Assembly (NCBI GenBank): GCA_030154085.1
Contig: JASKKR010000001.1
Coordinates: 4,852 to 68,851 of the forward strand
DNA: 64,000 bases
Source of the DNA: Candidatus Cloacimonadota bacterium
Lineage (GTDB): Bacteria > Cloacimonadota > Cloacimonadia > Cloacimonadales > Cloacimonadaceae
Direction: 5' to 3'
In this document: positions 36,501-45,229 of the stretch, one piece after another
How positions within the stretch are numbered: position 1 is the first letter of the stretch
How the letters are laid out: each line of letters opens with the position of its first letter
Program-made: the position numbers and the translations under genes
Notes under the pieces: model-generated
What the model was told of the DNA's origin: nothing
The model's database searches: none
The model's input: only the letters and a program-made list of their open reading frames with translations

Positions 36501-38716
36501 GACATCGCAGTCCCGCTATTCGGGAATGTAATTCCACTGAAACCGTAAGTAGCGGATTGATCCACATCTACCAAAGTCCATTCGCCAAATTCGATCGCGA
36601 AATCATTGTACTCTTCAAAGCTGTCTTCAAAACTACTTCCACCGGGAACGGGAACTTGCCATTCCAGAGAAACAGATGCATTGTCATTGGATTCTGTAGC
36701 TACAACACCATAAGGAGGATAAGCTATCTCACTCAAAGTGATATCACCCATATCGACATTTGTGCCGCCTACTACAAGCTGACCAGTGGCACTGGCATAA
36801 CCAATAGCCATAGCTGTATAATTATAGGTTTGGTTGGCAAATACGTTCTCAATTGTGAAATTACCTGTAGCATCAGTAGTAGCCTCGTAGGGTTCATAGC
36901 CGCTAAGGGTAATGGTTGCACCCTCGATTCCCATAGTGGGATTATCGCTACCCACGATACGACCAGACACGGTAACCTGCGGTAACAGAGTCAGCACAAA
37001 GTCCTGTGTTGTGGCTTCATCTTCAACAATAGTCACGACATGACTTACTTCGCTGTAGCCGTGTTTGGTAGCAGTAACAGTCTGTGTGCCTTCCGGTACG
37101 TATGGAATGTTGTAGCTGCCATCAGCTCCACTGATTGTTGAGAAGACAGTATTTTCTACAACAATCTCTGCCCCTTCCAAAGGACTGCCTCCAGCGGTTA
37201 CGGTTCCGTTCAAAGAACCCATTCCTTCCACAATCATGAAGAAACGGATATTGGCCAGCAAGCTGGCAGTGCTTCCGGTAGTACTGTTAACAGCAGGAGA
37301 GCTATCGCTTTGATAGCGCAGAGAGCTTATGTAAGGGGTAGAAGTATGATATACCGAAGCATTCTCGGTAAAATTTCCAGGGATGAGATCTGTCACAATC
37401 TCCACGATCACATTTGAAGCACCATCCCAGAAGAAGGGCGTATCAAAATTGTGCAGATTCCAATCATTGGTGGGCATGAATTCAGGATAAGTTTTTACGG
37501 TAGTGTATTCACCGGTTTCAAATGTAGTCGTGAGCGCTTCCGCATCAGTGTGTTTTAAACGAATGGTGAAGTTTGGCATGGGTGAACAACCGTTCAGAGC
37601 ATGCACATTGAAGGCCAAGGCCTGGATCATCCCGGGAGCGGCTCCCGCTGCATAGAAATCATCAGCTTTATAAAGATATTGCTGACGGAAGTTTTTGTAA
37701 TATGTACCATAAGGAGTAGGGGTGCCAGTGGTACTATTGTATTCAGTACCATTGCCGATGGAGGCAACCAACAATCCGCTTTCCATTACGGTAACCGTAA
37801 TCGGAGCAGATTCATCATTGCCAGGATTCTCATCCCCGGTCATTACTACTTTACCATAAAGCTGAGTTTCGCCCACTACAGTGGGAGTCCAGTTAATGTC
37901 AAAGCTAAGAGTTTCTTGGGGTTGGATCGTAGTCCCGGCTACGGAACCGATCTCCACCTCACCGGCTTGCATGAGTTTTACGGTATAAGTGCTCAAGGGA
38001 TCCTGGCTGTAATTTTTCACAGAGACAGCATAGGTGACTGTGGTGTTCACATTCGGGGTTGTAGGACCGGTGACGCTCAGACAAGCTATATCTGTGATAT
38101 CCAAAGCTTCCATATTAAACTGGATATTGGCACGGTTTACACTGGTAGTACCAGTAGTGGCATCAATAGCAGGAGAGCTATCGCTCTGATAGCGCAGACA
38201 ACTATTGAAAGAAGTAGGGGTATAGAATACGGATGCATTTTGAGTATATTGTCCCGGAATCAAATCCGTGACAATATCGATAATCAAGTTTGAGGAGCCA
38301 TCCCAATTAAAGGGAGTGCTAAAAGTATGAACATTCCAGCCTGTAGTAGGCAGAAAATCGTTTTCGACAAACACTTGCTCGTAAGGGCCGGCTTCAAAAG
38401 TCGTAGTAAGAGCAGTTAGTGTAGTCTCTTTGATACGGATTCTGAAGTTTGGCATGGGTGAGCACTCGTTCACATTCTCCACGTTGAAGGCAATGGAATT
38501 GATATCTCCGGGGCCTCCACCAATATCATTCAGCTCTGTGGCGAGCACAAGATACTGTTGACGGAAGTTCTTGTAGTATGTACCATAAGGAGTAGGGGTG
38601 CCAGTGGTGGTGTTTGTGGCTGTGCCATCTCCCAAGGTAATTGTTACTTGGGCAAAGACGTTGCTGCCAAGACTTATAAAAATCAGCAGCAGTGTGAAAA
38701 GCAATATTTTCTTCAT
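33548..38716 (-). CDS. Giant (1722 aa) multidomain secreted surface protein with T9SS-type C-terminal sorting domain
   Basis: Signal peptide MKKILLFTLLLIFISLGSNVFA. Contains 2 N-terminal ~175-aa modules, 4 carboxypeptidase-regulatory-like beta-sandwiches (e.g. GTLTGVV...GATITAG...ADGEYSF), 2 FN3-like units and 2 choice-of-anchor-J-like modules (PPNNDWMITPQ...YMPDYGLERF...FIFFVDD). CTD is YPNPFNPETT...GIYYFKM...MIMMK. Confidence 0.85.
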   Translation of the reverse strand: MKKILLFTLLLIFISLGSNVFAQVTITLGDGTATNTTTGTPTPYGTYYKNFRQQYLVLATELNDIGGGPGDINSIAFNVENVNECSPMPNFRIRIKETTLTALTTTFEAGPYEQVFVENDFLPTTGWNVHTFSTPFNWDGSSNLIIDIVTDLIPGQYTQNASVFYTPTSFNSCLRYQSDSSPAIDATTGTTSVNRANIQFNMEALDITDIACLSVTGPTTPNVNTTVTYAVSVKNYSQDPLSTYTVKLMQAGEVEIGSVAGTTIQPQETLSFDINWTPTVVGETQLYGKVVMTGDENPGNDESAPITVTVMESGLLVASIGNGTEYNSTTGTPTPYGTYYKNFRQQYLYKADDFYAAGAAPGMIQALAFNVHALNGCSPMPNFTIRLKHTDAEALTTTFETGEYTTVKTYPEFMPTNDWNLHNFDTPFFWDGASNVIVEIVTDLIPGNFTENASVYHTSTPYISSLRYQSDSSPAVNSTTGSTASLLANIRFFMIVEGMGSLNGTVTAGGSPLEGAEIVVENTVFSTISGADGSYNIPYVPEGTQTVTATKHGYSEVSHVVTIVEDEATTQDFVLTLLPQVTVSGRIVGSDNPTMGIEGATITLSGYEPYEATTDATGNFTIENVFANQTYNYTAMAIGYASATGQLVVGGTNVDMGDITLSEIAYPPYGVVATESNDNASVSLEWQVPVPGGSSFEDSFEEYNDFAIEFGEWTLVDVDQSATYGFSGITFPNSGTAMSYIIFNPNNTTPPLEDNPAVTGDKYAACFASTTPPNNDWMITPQVMGGGEVRFWARTYMPDYGLERFNVGVSTTGTNPADFTIISGPTYVEAPIEWTEYVYDLSAYAGQQIYVGLQCVSNDAFIFFVDDFYVGDDQVRLTSSREAKIAPNAPHIDIVRNADATRSIVTPNPVKIITAQPRNAERSLTGYKVYRLLAADQDNEANWTTLTPSTITPTEYQDNTWGPLPSGVYKYAVKAVYTNDVMSNAAFSNELHKGMMGTLTGVVTEFGTGLPIEGATITAGDYSGTTNADGEYSFAVYAGTYTVTASKAGYESATENNVVIVGTETTTLDFTLTEITLPPAAVQAEEAGNNVNITWMAPGTAGGDWIHYDSGENYDSIGLTSGGEFAVAIRFPASALTNYAGMSLHAISLFPGDIGTYSLRVWTGGTAAAPGVQVVNQPFTVAAVDEFQTVMLDNPVLITGNEELWFGYNVVHSAGTYPAGCDEGPANDGFGNMIYSSGSWTTLLAMASTLNYNWNIQGYVGYSAPDRGEMIALNARVNQEQQNADRSLEGYKVWRLLQGQESNEAQWIALTQDPISATAFQDTDWGVLPDGTYKWAVKAVYTGGALSNAAFSNAIERITEIGTVAGFVRNMDNEPIIGATITSGDYSTTSNNNGAYTMNLPAGTHSVTASHPNYSAVTQTGVVVVTGQITTVNFQLPASEVIFEDDFESYQDFSLTFAPWILLDNDQSATYGFSGITFPNSGSAMAYIIFNPDATTPPLEENPPHSGAKMAASFAATTPPNNDWMITPQINGGGDITFWARTYMPDYGLERFKVGVSTTGTNPNDFTFISGPTYVEAPVEWTEFNYSLANYAGQDIHVGIQCLSNDAFIFFVDDVTISGPVPNEDVVTPVYTTELKGNYPNPFNPETTIHYSVKENSPVTIDIFNVKGQRVRRLVNETVNAGEHTVIWNGTDENGRSVSSGIYYFKMNAGKYSSTRKMIMMK

Positions 38717-38859
38717 TGCATTTCTCCTTTCTTTCGTTATCTAATTTGGTGTTTATCTCATTTTAGTTCGTGCTCAAGTATCAATACATGATTACGAACT
38801 CCACTTCCTACCTAATCTAAAGCACTCTATATGATATCGCAATGTTCACCTATACTTCC

Positions 38860-38888
38860 ATATTATATATTCCCAAGATTTCTGTCAA
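38860..38888 (-). promoter_or_regulatory. Sigma70-type promoter of the 1722-aa gene
   Basis: The minus strand reads TTGACA, a 17-nt spacer (GAAATCTTGGGAATATA), then TAATAT. It sits just beyond the clpB stop and implies a ~135-nt 5' UTR. Confidence 0.6.
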
Positions 38889-38895
38889 GCATGAT

Positions 38896-41469
38896 TTAGC
38901 TAAATCTGAAAATAACTTTGCCTTGTTCCTTATCGTAATCTGAAAATATGTGTTTTTTATCTGGAGTATCGGTGTCCAGCAAAGCCCTTGCAAGCTCGTT
39001 TTCTACGATGTTTTGGATAGCTCTTTTCAGGGGCCGAGCACCAAATTGTGGATCATATCCCACATCTGCAATATGTTCGATCAACTCTTCCGAAAACTCG
39101 ATCTCTATTTCTTTCTTTTCCAAACGCTTAGATAATAAGGAAAGCTGCAGCTCGACTATTCGCCGGATCTGGTCACGATCCAGCCGGTGAAAGATGATAA
39201 TGTCATCCAGGCGATTGAGAAACTCCGGACGAAAATACTGCTGCAAAATTTGCATTAATTGTGGGCGTAATTCGTTCAGATCACCTTGATGGGCAAATAT
39301 TTCCTGACTGCCTATATTGGATGTGAGGATGATGACGCTATGCCTAAAATCCACCGTCCGCCCCTTTCCATCGGTCAATCTACCATCATCCAATATCTGT
39401 AATAGCAGATTAAATACATCAGTATGAGCCTTCTCAATCTCATCAAAGAGGATTACGCTGTATGGCCTTCTGCGTACTGCTTCTGTGAGATATCCGCCCT
39501 CTTCATAGCCCACATAACCTGGAGGAGCGCCAATGAGTCGCGCCACTGAATGACGTTCCATAAACTCGCTCATATCCAAGCGCAAAAGCGCTTTTTCGGT
39601 GTCGAATAGATAGCTCGCCAAGCTCTTAGCAAGCTCAGTTTTACCCACACCTGTGGGGCCCAAAAAGATGAACGAACCTATCGGGCGATTTTCGTCCGAT
39701 AGACCACTACGGCTTCGCCGAATCGCATTCGCCAAAGCAATAATACCCTCTTTTTGTCCCACAACTCTTTGGGCAAGCACATCCTCCAGATTGAGGAGTT
39801 TCTTCATCTCACTGGCAGCCAGCTTTGAAACCGGAATGCCAGTCCATTTGGAGACTACTTCTGCCACCAGTTCTTCATCAACTTGTTCTTTTAAAAGGGC
39901 GTCCCTTTCGTGTTTCTTTTTCTCTCGTAGTTGATTGAGCTCTTTTTCCTTACTGGCCAAACTGCCATATCGGATCTGAGCTGTTTTTTCATAGTCACCC
40001 TCGCGCTCTGCTTTTTCTGCTTCAGATTTTAGACGGTCGATGTCTTCTTTTAATGCGCGAATCTTTTCGATCTCCGCTTTTTCGTGTTCCCACTGCATCC
40101 TGAGGCGATTGCGATCTTCGTTCAGAATTGCAATTTCTTCGTTAATCTTTTGTAACCGGCTCTTGGAAAGCTCATCTGTTTCCTTGGCAAGAGAGAGTTT
40201 TTCGATCTCCAATTGCCTTATCCGACGCTCAATCTCATCAAGCTCCTGAGGCATCGAATCAATCTCCAGACGCAAACGCGAACAAGCCTCATCAATCAAA
40301 TCTATCGCCTTATCCGGCAAAAACCTATCTGAAATATATCTATCCGAAAGAGTCACCGCTGCGACTATGGCATTATCAGTTATCTGCACTCCATGATGTA
40401 CCTCATATTTTTCTTTAATGCCACGCAAAATTGATATACTATCTTCCAAAGAAGGTTCTGAGATCATGATTGGTTGGAATCTGCGCTCCAATGCGGGATC
40501 CTTCTCGATATATTTGCGATATTCATCAATAGTGGTGGCTCCGATGCAGTGCAATGTGCCCCGCGCAAGCGCTGGTTTGAGCATGTTGGAAGCATCCACT
40601 GAGCCTTCCGCTGCCCCTGCCCCTACCACGGTGTGAATCTCATCTATAAAGAGAATGATCTTACCATTCGACTTTTCGACTTCCGATAATACTGCTTTAA
40701 GCCGCTCCTCAAACTCTCCACGAAATTTTGCCCCAGCTACCAAAGACGCCATATCCAGCTCTAAAAGTTCCTTATCCAGTAGATTTTCCGGCACATCGCG
40801 ATCCACAATGCGTTTTGCCATCCCTTCCGCAATCGCTGTCTTACCAACTCCCGGGTCTCCGATAAGAATAGGATTGTTTTTGCGGCGCCGTGAGAGTATC
40901 TGCATCGTCCGACGAATCTCTTCATCTCTGCCGATTACCGGATCCAACTTTTCAGTGCGCGCCAACCTGGTGAGATTGCGTGCATACTTCTCCAATGCCT
41001 GATATTTCGCTTCGGGATTCTGATCCGTCACCCGCTGATTTCCCCTAACCTCTTTGAGGGCTTCCATAAGCTTATTTGACGTCATCCCCAAAGATTTTAA
41101 AATCTGCGCAGCTTCTCCTTTGCCCTGGAGCATACCCAAAAGAATGTGCTCTCCACTGATATAATCGTCTCCCAGACGGTCTGCCTCTTTCTCAGCTGTA
41201 TGCAATATATCCAACACTTCTTGGGAGAGATATACCTGCCCTCCCTGAACTCGTGGTATTTTTTGTAACGCATTGCGCAATTTTGTGTCCAACTCAGAAT
41301 TGGAAATCTCCAGCTTTGCTAAAATCGGATGAATAAGCGATTCCGGTTGATCCAACATCGCCCTCAATAGATGTAGATCCTTAATCTCTTGATGACCATT
41401 TTCCGTTGCCAAAGCCTGCATGGCGTTGAGCAGTTCTTGACTTTTTATAGTTAATCGTTGCGCATTCAT
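38896..41469 (-). CDS. clpB: Chaperone disaggregase ClpB
   Basis: 857 aa with two AAA+ modules (GDPGVGKT and GPTGVGKTE Walker A) and a long middle coiled-coil typical of ClpB. Confidence 0.97.
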   Translation of the reverse strand: MNAQRLTIKSQELLNAMQALATENGHQEIKDLHLLRAMLDQPESLIHPILAKLEISNSELDTKLRNALQKIPRVQGGQVYLSQEVLDILHTAEKEADRLGDDYISGEHILLGMLQGKGEAAQILKSLGMTSNKLMEALKEVRGNQRVTDQNPEAKYQALEKYARNLTRLARTEKLDPVIGRDEEIRRTMQILSRRRKNNPILIGDPGVGKTAIAEGMAKRIVDRDVPENLLDKELLELDMASLVAGAKFRGEFEERLKAVLSEVEKSNGKIILFIDEIHTVVGAGAAEGSVDASNMLKPALARGTLHCIGATTIDEYRKYIEKDPALERRFQPIMISEPSLEDSISILRGIKEKYEVHHGVQITDNAIVAAVTLSDRYISDRFLPDKAIDLIDEACSRLRLEIDSMPQELDEIERRIRQLEIEKLSLAKETDELSKSRLQKINEEIAILNEDRNRLRMQWEHEKAEIEKIRALKEDIDRLKSEAEKAEREGDYEKTAQIRYGSLASKEKELNQLREKKKHERDALLKEQVDEELVAEVVSKWTGIPVSKLAASEMKKLLNLEDVLAQRVVGQKEGIIALANAIRRSRSGLSDENRPIGSFIFLGPTGVGKTELAKSLASYLFDTEKALLRLDMSEFMERHSVARLIGAPPGYVGYEEGGYLTEAVRRRPYSVILFDEIEKAHTDVFNLLLQILDDGRLTDGKGRTVDFRHSVIILTSNIGSQEIFAHQGDLNELRPQLMQILQQYFRPEFLNRLDDIIIFHRLDRDQIRRIVELQLSLLSKRLEKKEIEIEFSEELIEHIADVGYDPQFGARPLKRAIQNIVENELARALLDTDTPDKKHIFSDYDKEQGKVIFRFS

Positions 41470-41493
41470 GGCTTACCTCCCTATCTCATGCCT

Positions 41494-41523
41494 ATAATAT
41501 AAACAGAAGCGGAAATCTGTCAA
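41494..41523 (-). promoter_or_regulatory. Sigma70-type promoter of clpB
   Basis: The minus strand has TTGACA at 41523-41518. The -10 is either TATATT (16-nt spacer) or TATTAT (18-nt spacer). GGGAGG SD precedes the ATG at 41469. Confidence 0.55.
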
Positions 41524-41686
41524 GTATTTTTAGCAAACACACCCCCTTGTCTGCTAATTTTACTGCGATCTAATTATCGCAACCGAAACCGCGCTGCCAA
41601 TCAAAGATGAATTCAACCAGACCGGTGCTAAGGATAATCTTTTGGGGAGCAGCATAATGTAAAATCATCATCAAACTATCCCTAAA

Positions 41687-41793
41687 CGCACTTCACAAAG
41701 CTGTAACTCCTTATTTTCCCGTTTCTTGCTCACTTCTCAAAGGGGAGAGAAACGGGGGAGGCGTCAAGTGTGCTACTTTTTCAAGCAATTAAC
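41687..41793 (-). repeat. Copy 3 of the ~105-nt structured intergenic repeat
   Basis: Carries the invariant 22-mer on the minus strand. Stem is CCCGTTTC / GAAACGGG. It lies between the divergent clpB and rubrerythrin-like promoters. Confidence 0.85.
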
Positions 41794-42038
41794 TATTTAT
41801 TTTTGCTCTCTATCTGACTATAATGGAGGAGAAAAGTTGCGCATCTCTAAAGAAGATTTATGGTTTTTATCATCTTCTGCAAAGCATCTCTACCTACTAA
41901 AGATTCTGCACACAGACTCTCTTCCGACAGTTTAAGTTTGGGATACTTGGTCAGAGGTCGATACTGTATCTGCAGACCAAGGCTATCACAGAAAGTTATA
42001 TCAGGTATTAATTTAAGGATGGGAACAGCAAATTTAAG

Positions 42039-42067
42039 TTGACAATTTTTGCTGTAAACCGAATAAT
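42039..42067 (+). promoter_or_regulatory. Sigma70-type promoter of the rubrerythrin-like gene
   Basis: TTGACA, a 17-nt spacer, then AATAAT. CAGGAGG SD precedes the ATG at 42106. Confidence 0.5.
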
Positions 42068-42105
42068 AGGATACTAAGAAAAAATACATTCCACAGGAGG
42101 AATAT

Positions 42106-42594
42106 ATGGCTGCCTATTCAGTAAACGAAGTAGTAGAATTTGCCGTACAGATTGAGAGAAACGGTTACGCTTTTTATCATGAGGCAAGCAAGCGTAAGGA
42201 CATTGATCCCAAGGCCAAAGAATTTATCGAGTTTTTGCGAGATGAAGAGCTAAAGCACGAGAAGATTTTTTTGTCATTGCGTGATGACAAGGAGCTGCAG
42301 AATTTGGAGCTTACTCAGGATTGGGAATTGGTCGCAGAATATCTGAAGACCATCGTTGATTCCAGAATTTTCAATACTGAAGATGCTGCCATCAAAAAAG
42401 CTGCTGGTGCCAAAGATTTGATGGAGGTTTTAGAATTTGCCATCTCTTTTGAGAAAGACACCCTCTTGTATTTTCATTCTCTGAATGACAACTTCGGATC
42501 TTCCAAGACCCGAGATGTCTTGCGCAAGATCATCAATGAAGAAGTTTCCCACGTTTTGAGACTGAATGACTACAAAAAGACGCTAAAGGCATAA
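42106..42594 (+). CDS. Rubrerythrin/ferritin-like diiron protein (no rubredoxin domain)
   Basis: Four-helix-bundle pattern with two E-x-x-H motifs (EELKHE, EEVSHV) and partner glutamates (VQIERNGYAFY, ISFEKDTLLYF). Confidence 0.6.
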   Translation: MAAYSVNEVVEFAVQIERNGYAFYHEASKRKDIDPKAKEFIEFLRDEELKHEKIFLSLRDDKELQNLELTQDWELVAEYLKTIVDSRIFNTEDAAIKKAAGAKDLMEVLEFAISFEKDTLLYFHSLNDNFGSSKTRDVLRKIINEEVSHVLRLNDYKKTLKA

Positions 42595-42633
42595 AGAAGA
42601 TAAAGGTAATAAAGAGTAGCGGCTTGCAGGAAG

Positions 42634-43143
42634 ATGGGACAGAGGAGGAAGAGAGGACTATTTGCAAGCCTCATTATGGTCTTGCTCTTAGCAGTGATTC
42701 TGACCTACAATCCGGTCTCTGTGCGGATAATGACGGTGGCCGTGGCAGTGCGTTATGACATCGATCCTGCGCTGTTTTATCGGCTTATCCGCACCGAGAG
42801 CAATTTTCGCAGTTTTGCTATCTCTCCCAAATCGGCGATAGGTTTGGGACAAATGCAAGACAACACTGCCTACTATATCCATTCAGCACATAAACGCGGA
42901 TTGCTATTTTTGCCGCCATATAATCTCAGCCTTTCCGCAAAGTATCTGAGATATTTGCAGGATAAATATCAGGGCAACACGAGCTTAGTTCTTGCAGCGT
43001 ACAATTGGGGTGAGACTAATGTATCCCACCGGCTCAAGGGTAAGAGGATCGATCCAACGCTGGATTATAGGGAGAGCTTTCACGATATTCCTGAGACCTA
43101 TAATTATATTGGCAGAATTCTTCCGGAACGAAAAAAGTCTTGA
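42634..43143 (+). CDS. Lytic transglycosylase (SLT domain), membrane anchored
   Basis: IRTESNFRSFAISPKSAIGLGQM (catalytic Glu plus a GLMQ-like motif) and AAYNWG. N-terminal hydrophobic anchor. Confidence 0.7.
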   Translation: MGQRRKRGLFASLIMVLLLAVILTYNPVSVRIMTVAVAVRYDIDPALFYRLIRTESNFRSFAISPKSAIGLGQMQDNTAYYIHSAHKRGLLFLPPYNLSLSAKYLRYLQDKYQGNTSLVLAAYNWGETNVSHRLKGKRIDPTLDYRESFHDIPETYNYIGRILPERKKS

Positions 43144-43196
43144 CGGATTCTGGCGCTTTAAAAGAGCATGACTATAGAAATCAAGAGGAGCGTAAA

Positions 43197-43844
43197 ATGC
43201 TGCGTAACCAAAATGGAATCTCGGTATATACCGTCCTTAGTATAATTCTTTTTATCGCTTTGATCTTTGTTCTGGCGATTCCAAATTTTTATAACTTGGA
43301 TAAAGAGCAAAACGTGGAAGATTGTATTAATAACATGAAAGAAATCTGGGTAGCAGGTATCGACTATCTCAAAGATACACATCAGGATTTTGAAGGAACT
43401 CCAGAATTCCTCAGAACTACCACCAGGGTTAATACCACCGGACTTATCGACAATCGCGGGACATATCTTGGTTCTGCAGCGTATTGTCCTGAGACATCGC
43501 GTCAAAAACGCGAGTATAAAGTCTATGGCAAATACATTGCAGAACAGATCGGTGACGAAATCAAGCACAACTATGGTGTGATCGTGTATTGTCCAAATCT
43601 TCAGCAATATCCTGCTCACTTTGTACCTAAGATTTTTTATGAAAACATGGAGCCTACTCAGTTGATGAACTATATGATTGATGATCTTGATTATATAGAC
43701 AAAGAAACCGGTTTAAATGGACTCCGCAAGACTGAAAAGATTGAAGAGTATATCGAAATCTGGAAGACAGACGATAAAGCGTTTGAAAAGCGCAAAGAGG
43801 ACTACACAAGCCTTAGGGCGATGCTTTTTCCTGAAAAATTCTAA
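43197..43844 (+). CDS. Hypothetical protein with type IV pilin-like N-terminal helix
   Basis: ATG at 43197 has GAGGAG 6 nt upstream; the listed ORF starts at TTG 43140. The N-terminus MLRNQNGISVYTVLSIILFIALIFVLAIPNF resembles a prepilin helix (AIPNF) but lacks the conserved Glu at +5. Confidence 0.45.
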   Translation: MLRNQNGISVYTVLSIILFIALIFVLAIPNFYNLDKEQNVEDCINNMKEIWVAGIDYLKDTHQDFEGTPEFLRTTTRVNTTGLIDNRGTYLGSAAYCPETSRQKREYKVYGKYIAEQIGDEIKHNYGVIVYCPNLQQYPAHFVPKIFYENMEPTQLMNYMIDDLDYIDKETGLNGLRKTEKIEEYIEIWKTDDKAFEKRKEDYTSLRAMLFPEKF

Positions 43845-43885
43845 ATGTGATTGATCAGGAAAGAATTTAGAAGCCAAATTTTCTT

Positions 43886-43919
43886 TAGCGGGTATACCAA
43901 TTCTATGCCCGCTATTTTT
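43886..43919 (+). terminator. Rho-independent terminator
   Basis: 11-bp stem TAGCGGGTATA / TATGCCCGCTA with one G-U pair and a 7-nt loop, followed by TTTTT. It lies 42 nt after the stop at 43844. Confidence 0.75.
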
Positions 43920-43948
43920 GGATCTATTCCATCACTAAAAGAGGGACC

Positions 43949-45229
43949 ATGCAATATAAAGAATTTTTAGACCACATCTATGCTCGCTATTCCGGCAATG
44001 TCAAGCTGGAACTGGATAGGATGGAAGGGCTTTTGAAGGACTTGGGCTCGCCACAACAAGAGCTGAATGGATTTCACGTGGCAGGGACAAATGGCAAGGG
44101 CAGCATCTGCGCTGCGTTGGAAGCGCTCTGCCTGGCACATGGACTTTATCCTGGACTGAATACTTCTCCGCATCTGATTAACTATACAGAGCGGTTTCGT
44201 ATTAATGGTAAGGAAGTCGATATTGAAGATATCTTGCCTCTCTTTCTAAAATATGAAGAGCAATTCAATCGCTGGGGAGCATCCTTTTTTGAGATCACGA
44301 CCGCTATCGCTTTTATGCTTTTTGCTCAAGCTAAGGTAAATCCTGCCATCATAGAAGTAGGTCTTGGCGGCAGACTGGACGCTACCAACCTCTTTGTGCC
44401 GGATGTAGCCGCAATCAGTACTATTGGGCTGGATCACATCAAAACTCTCGGAGGAAGCATGGAGATTATCGCAGCCGAAAAAGCCGGGATAATTAAAGAA
44501 GGAATTCCTTTGGTTTTGGGGGATATCGAGGAAAACCCACGACAGGTCATCCTCGCTGTGGCAGCACAAAAACACGCTCCTGTCTATAGAATTAACAAGG
44601 ATTGGCAGGTGAAAGTTGTCTCAGACGGTACCGCGGGAGTATGCTTTGACTATGCATTTGACGATCTTAAGATCGACGGCATCAAAGCCAATCTCATGGG
44701 CGAACATCAAGCGGCAAATCTTGGACAATCAATCACAGCATTTGTTCTATATGCTAAAAAGTATGGAATAGAGATCGAGCCTGATAAGATCCGTGCAGCC
44801 CTTTCAAAAGTGGCTTGGGCAGGACGGATGCAGGTTCTAAGATTAAATCCTACCGTAATCGTGGATGGGGCACACAATGTTCATGGCGTTAAAGCCCTGA
44901 TGAAGACCCTTGATAAAGTTTATCCCGATCGCAAACTAAGCTTTGTGGTCTCTATCCTTGCGGATAAAGACTATCCGGAGATGCTGCGCTTGATCTGCAC
45001 AAAAGCCAGCAAGGTCTATGTGGCTCAAAATAAGAGCGATCGCGCCGCGACCGCAGAAAAATTGCGCGCAGCTGCAGCCGTGCACAATGTGGAAACTCAA
45101 GCCTATCAAGACGTCGCCGAAGCCTACCATGCAGCCCTGCAAGAAGCAGGAGAAGATGGCGTCATCGTAGCTGGAGGATCACTCTATACCGTCGGTGAAG
45201 TGATCTTGGCCAGCATCCATGATGCATAA
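43949..45229 (+). CDS. folC: Folylpolyglutamate synthase / dihydrofolate synthase
   Basis: P-loop HVAGTNGKGS and Mur-ligase-type motifs (GLGGRLDATN, VDGAHN). Confidence 0.85.
   Translation: MQYKEFLDHIYARYSGNVKLELDRMEGLLKDLGSPQQELNGFHVAGTNGKGSICAALEALCLAHGLYPGLNTSPHLINYTERFRINGKEVDIEDILPLFLKYEEQFNRWGASFFEITTAIAFMLFAQAKVNPAIIEVGLGGRLDATNLFVPDVAAISTIGLDHIKTLGGSMEIIAAEKAGIIKEGIPLVLGDIEENPRQVILAVAAQKHAPVYRINKDWQVKVVSDGTAGVCFDYAFDDLKIDGIKANLMGEHQAANLGQSITAFVLYAKKYGIEIEPDKIRAALSKVAWAGRMQVLRLNPTVIVDGAHNVHGVKALMKTLDKVYPDRKLSFVVSILADKDYPEMLRLICTKASKVYVAQNKSDRAATAEKLRAAAAVHNVETQAYQDVAEAYHAALQEAGEDGVIVAGGSLYTVGEVILASIHDA

Noticed and set aside
33665-38293. Long plus-strand ORFs lie inside the 1722-aa gene (33665-34411, 35186-36148, 36155-36502, 36557-36985, 37601-38293).
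   Set aside because: They are antisense shadow frames of a long, compositionally biased gene. Their products are low-complexity (Ser/Gly/Ile/Arg-rich), lack SD sequences and show no recognisable motifs, while the minus-strand protein is modular and clearly real.
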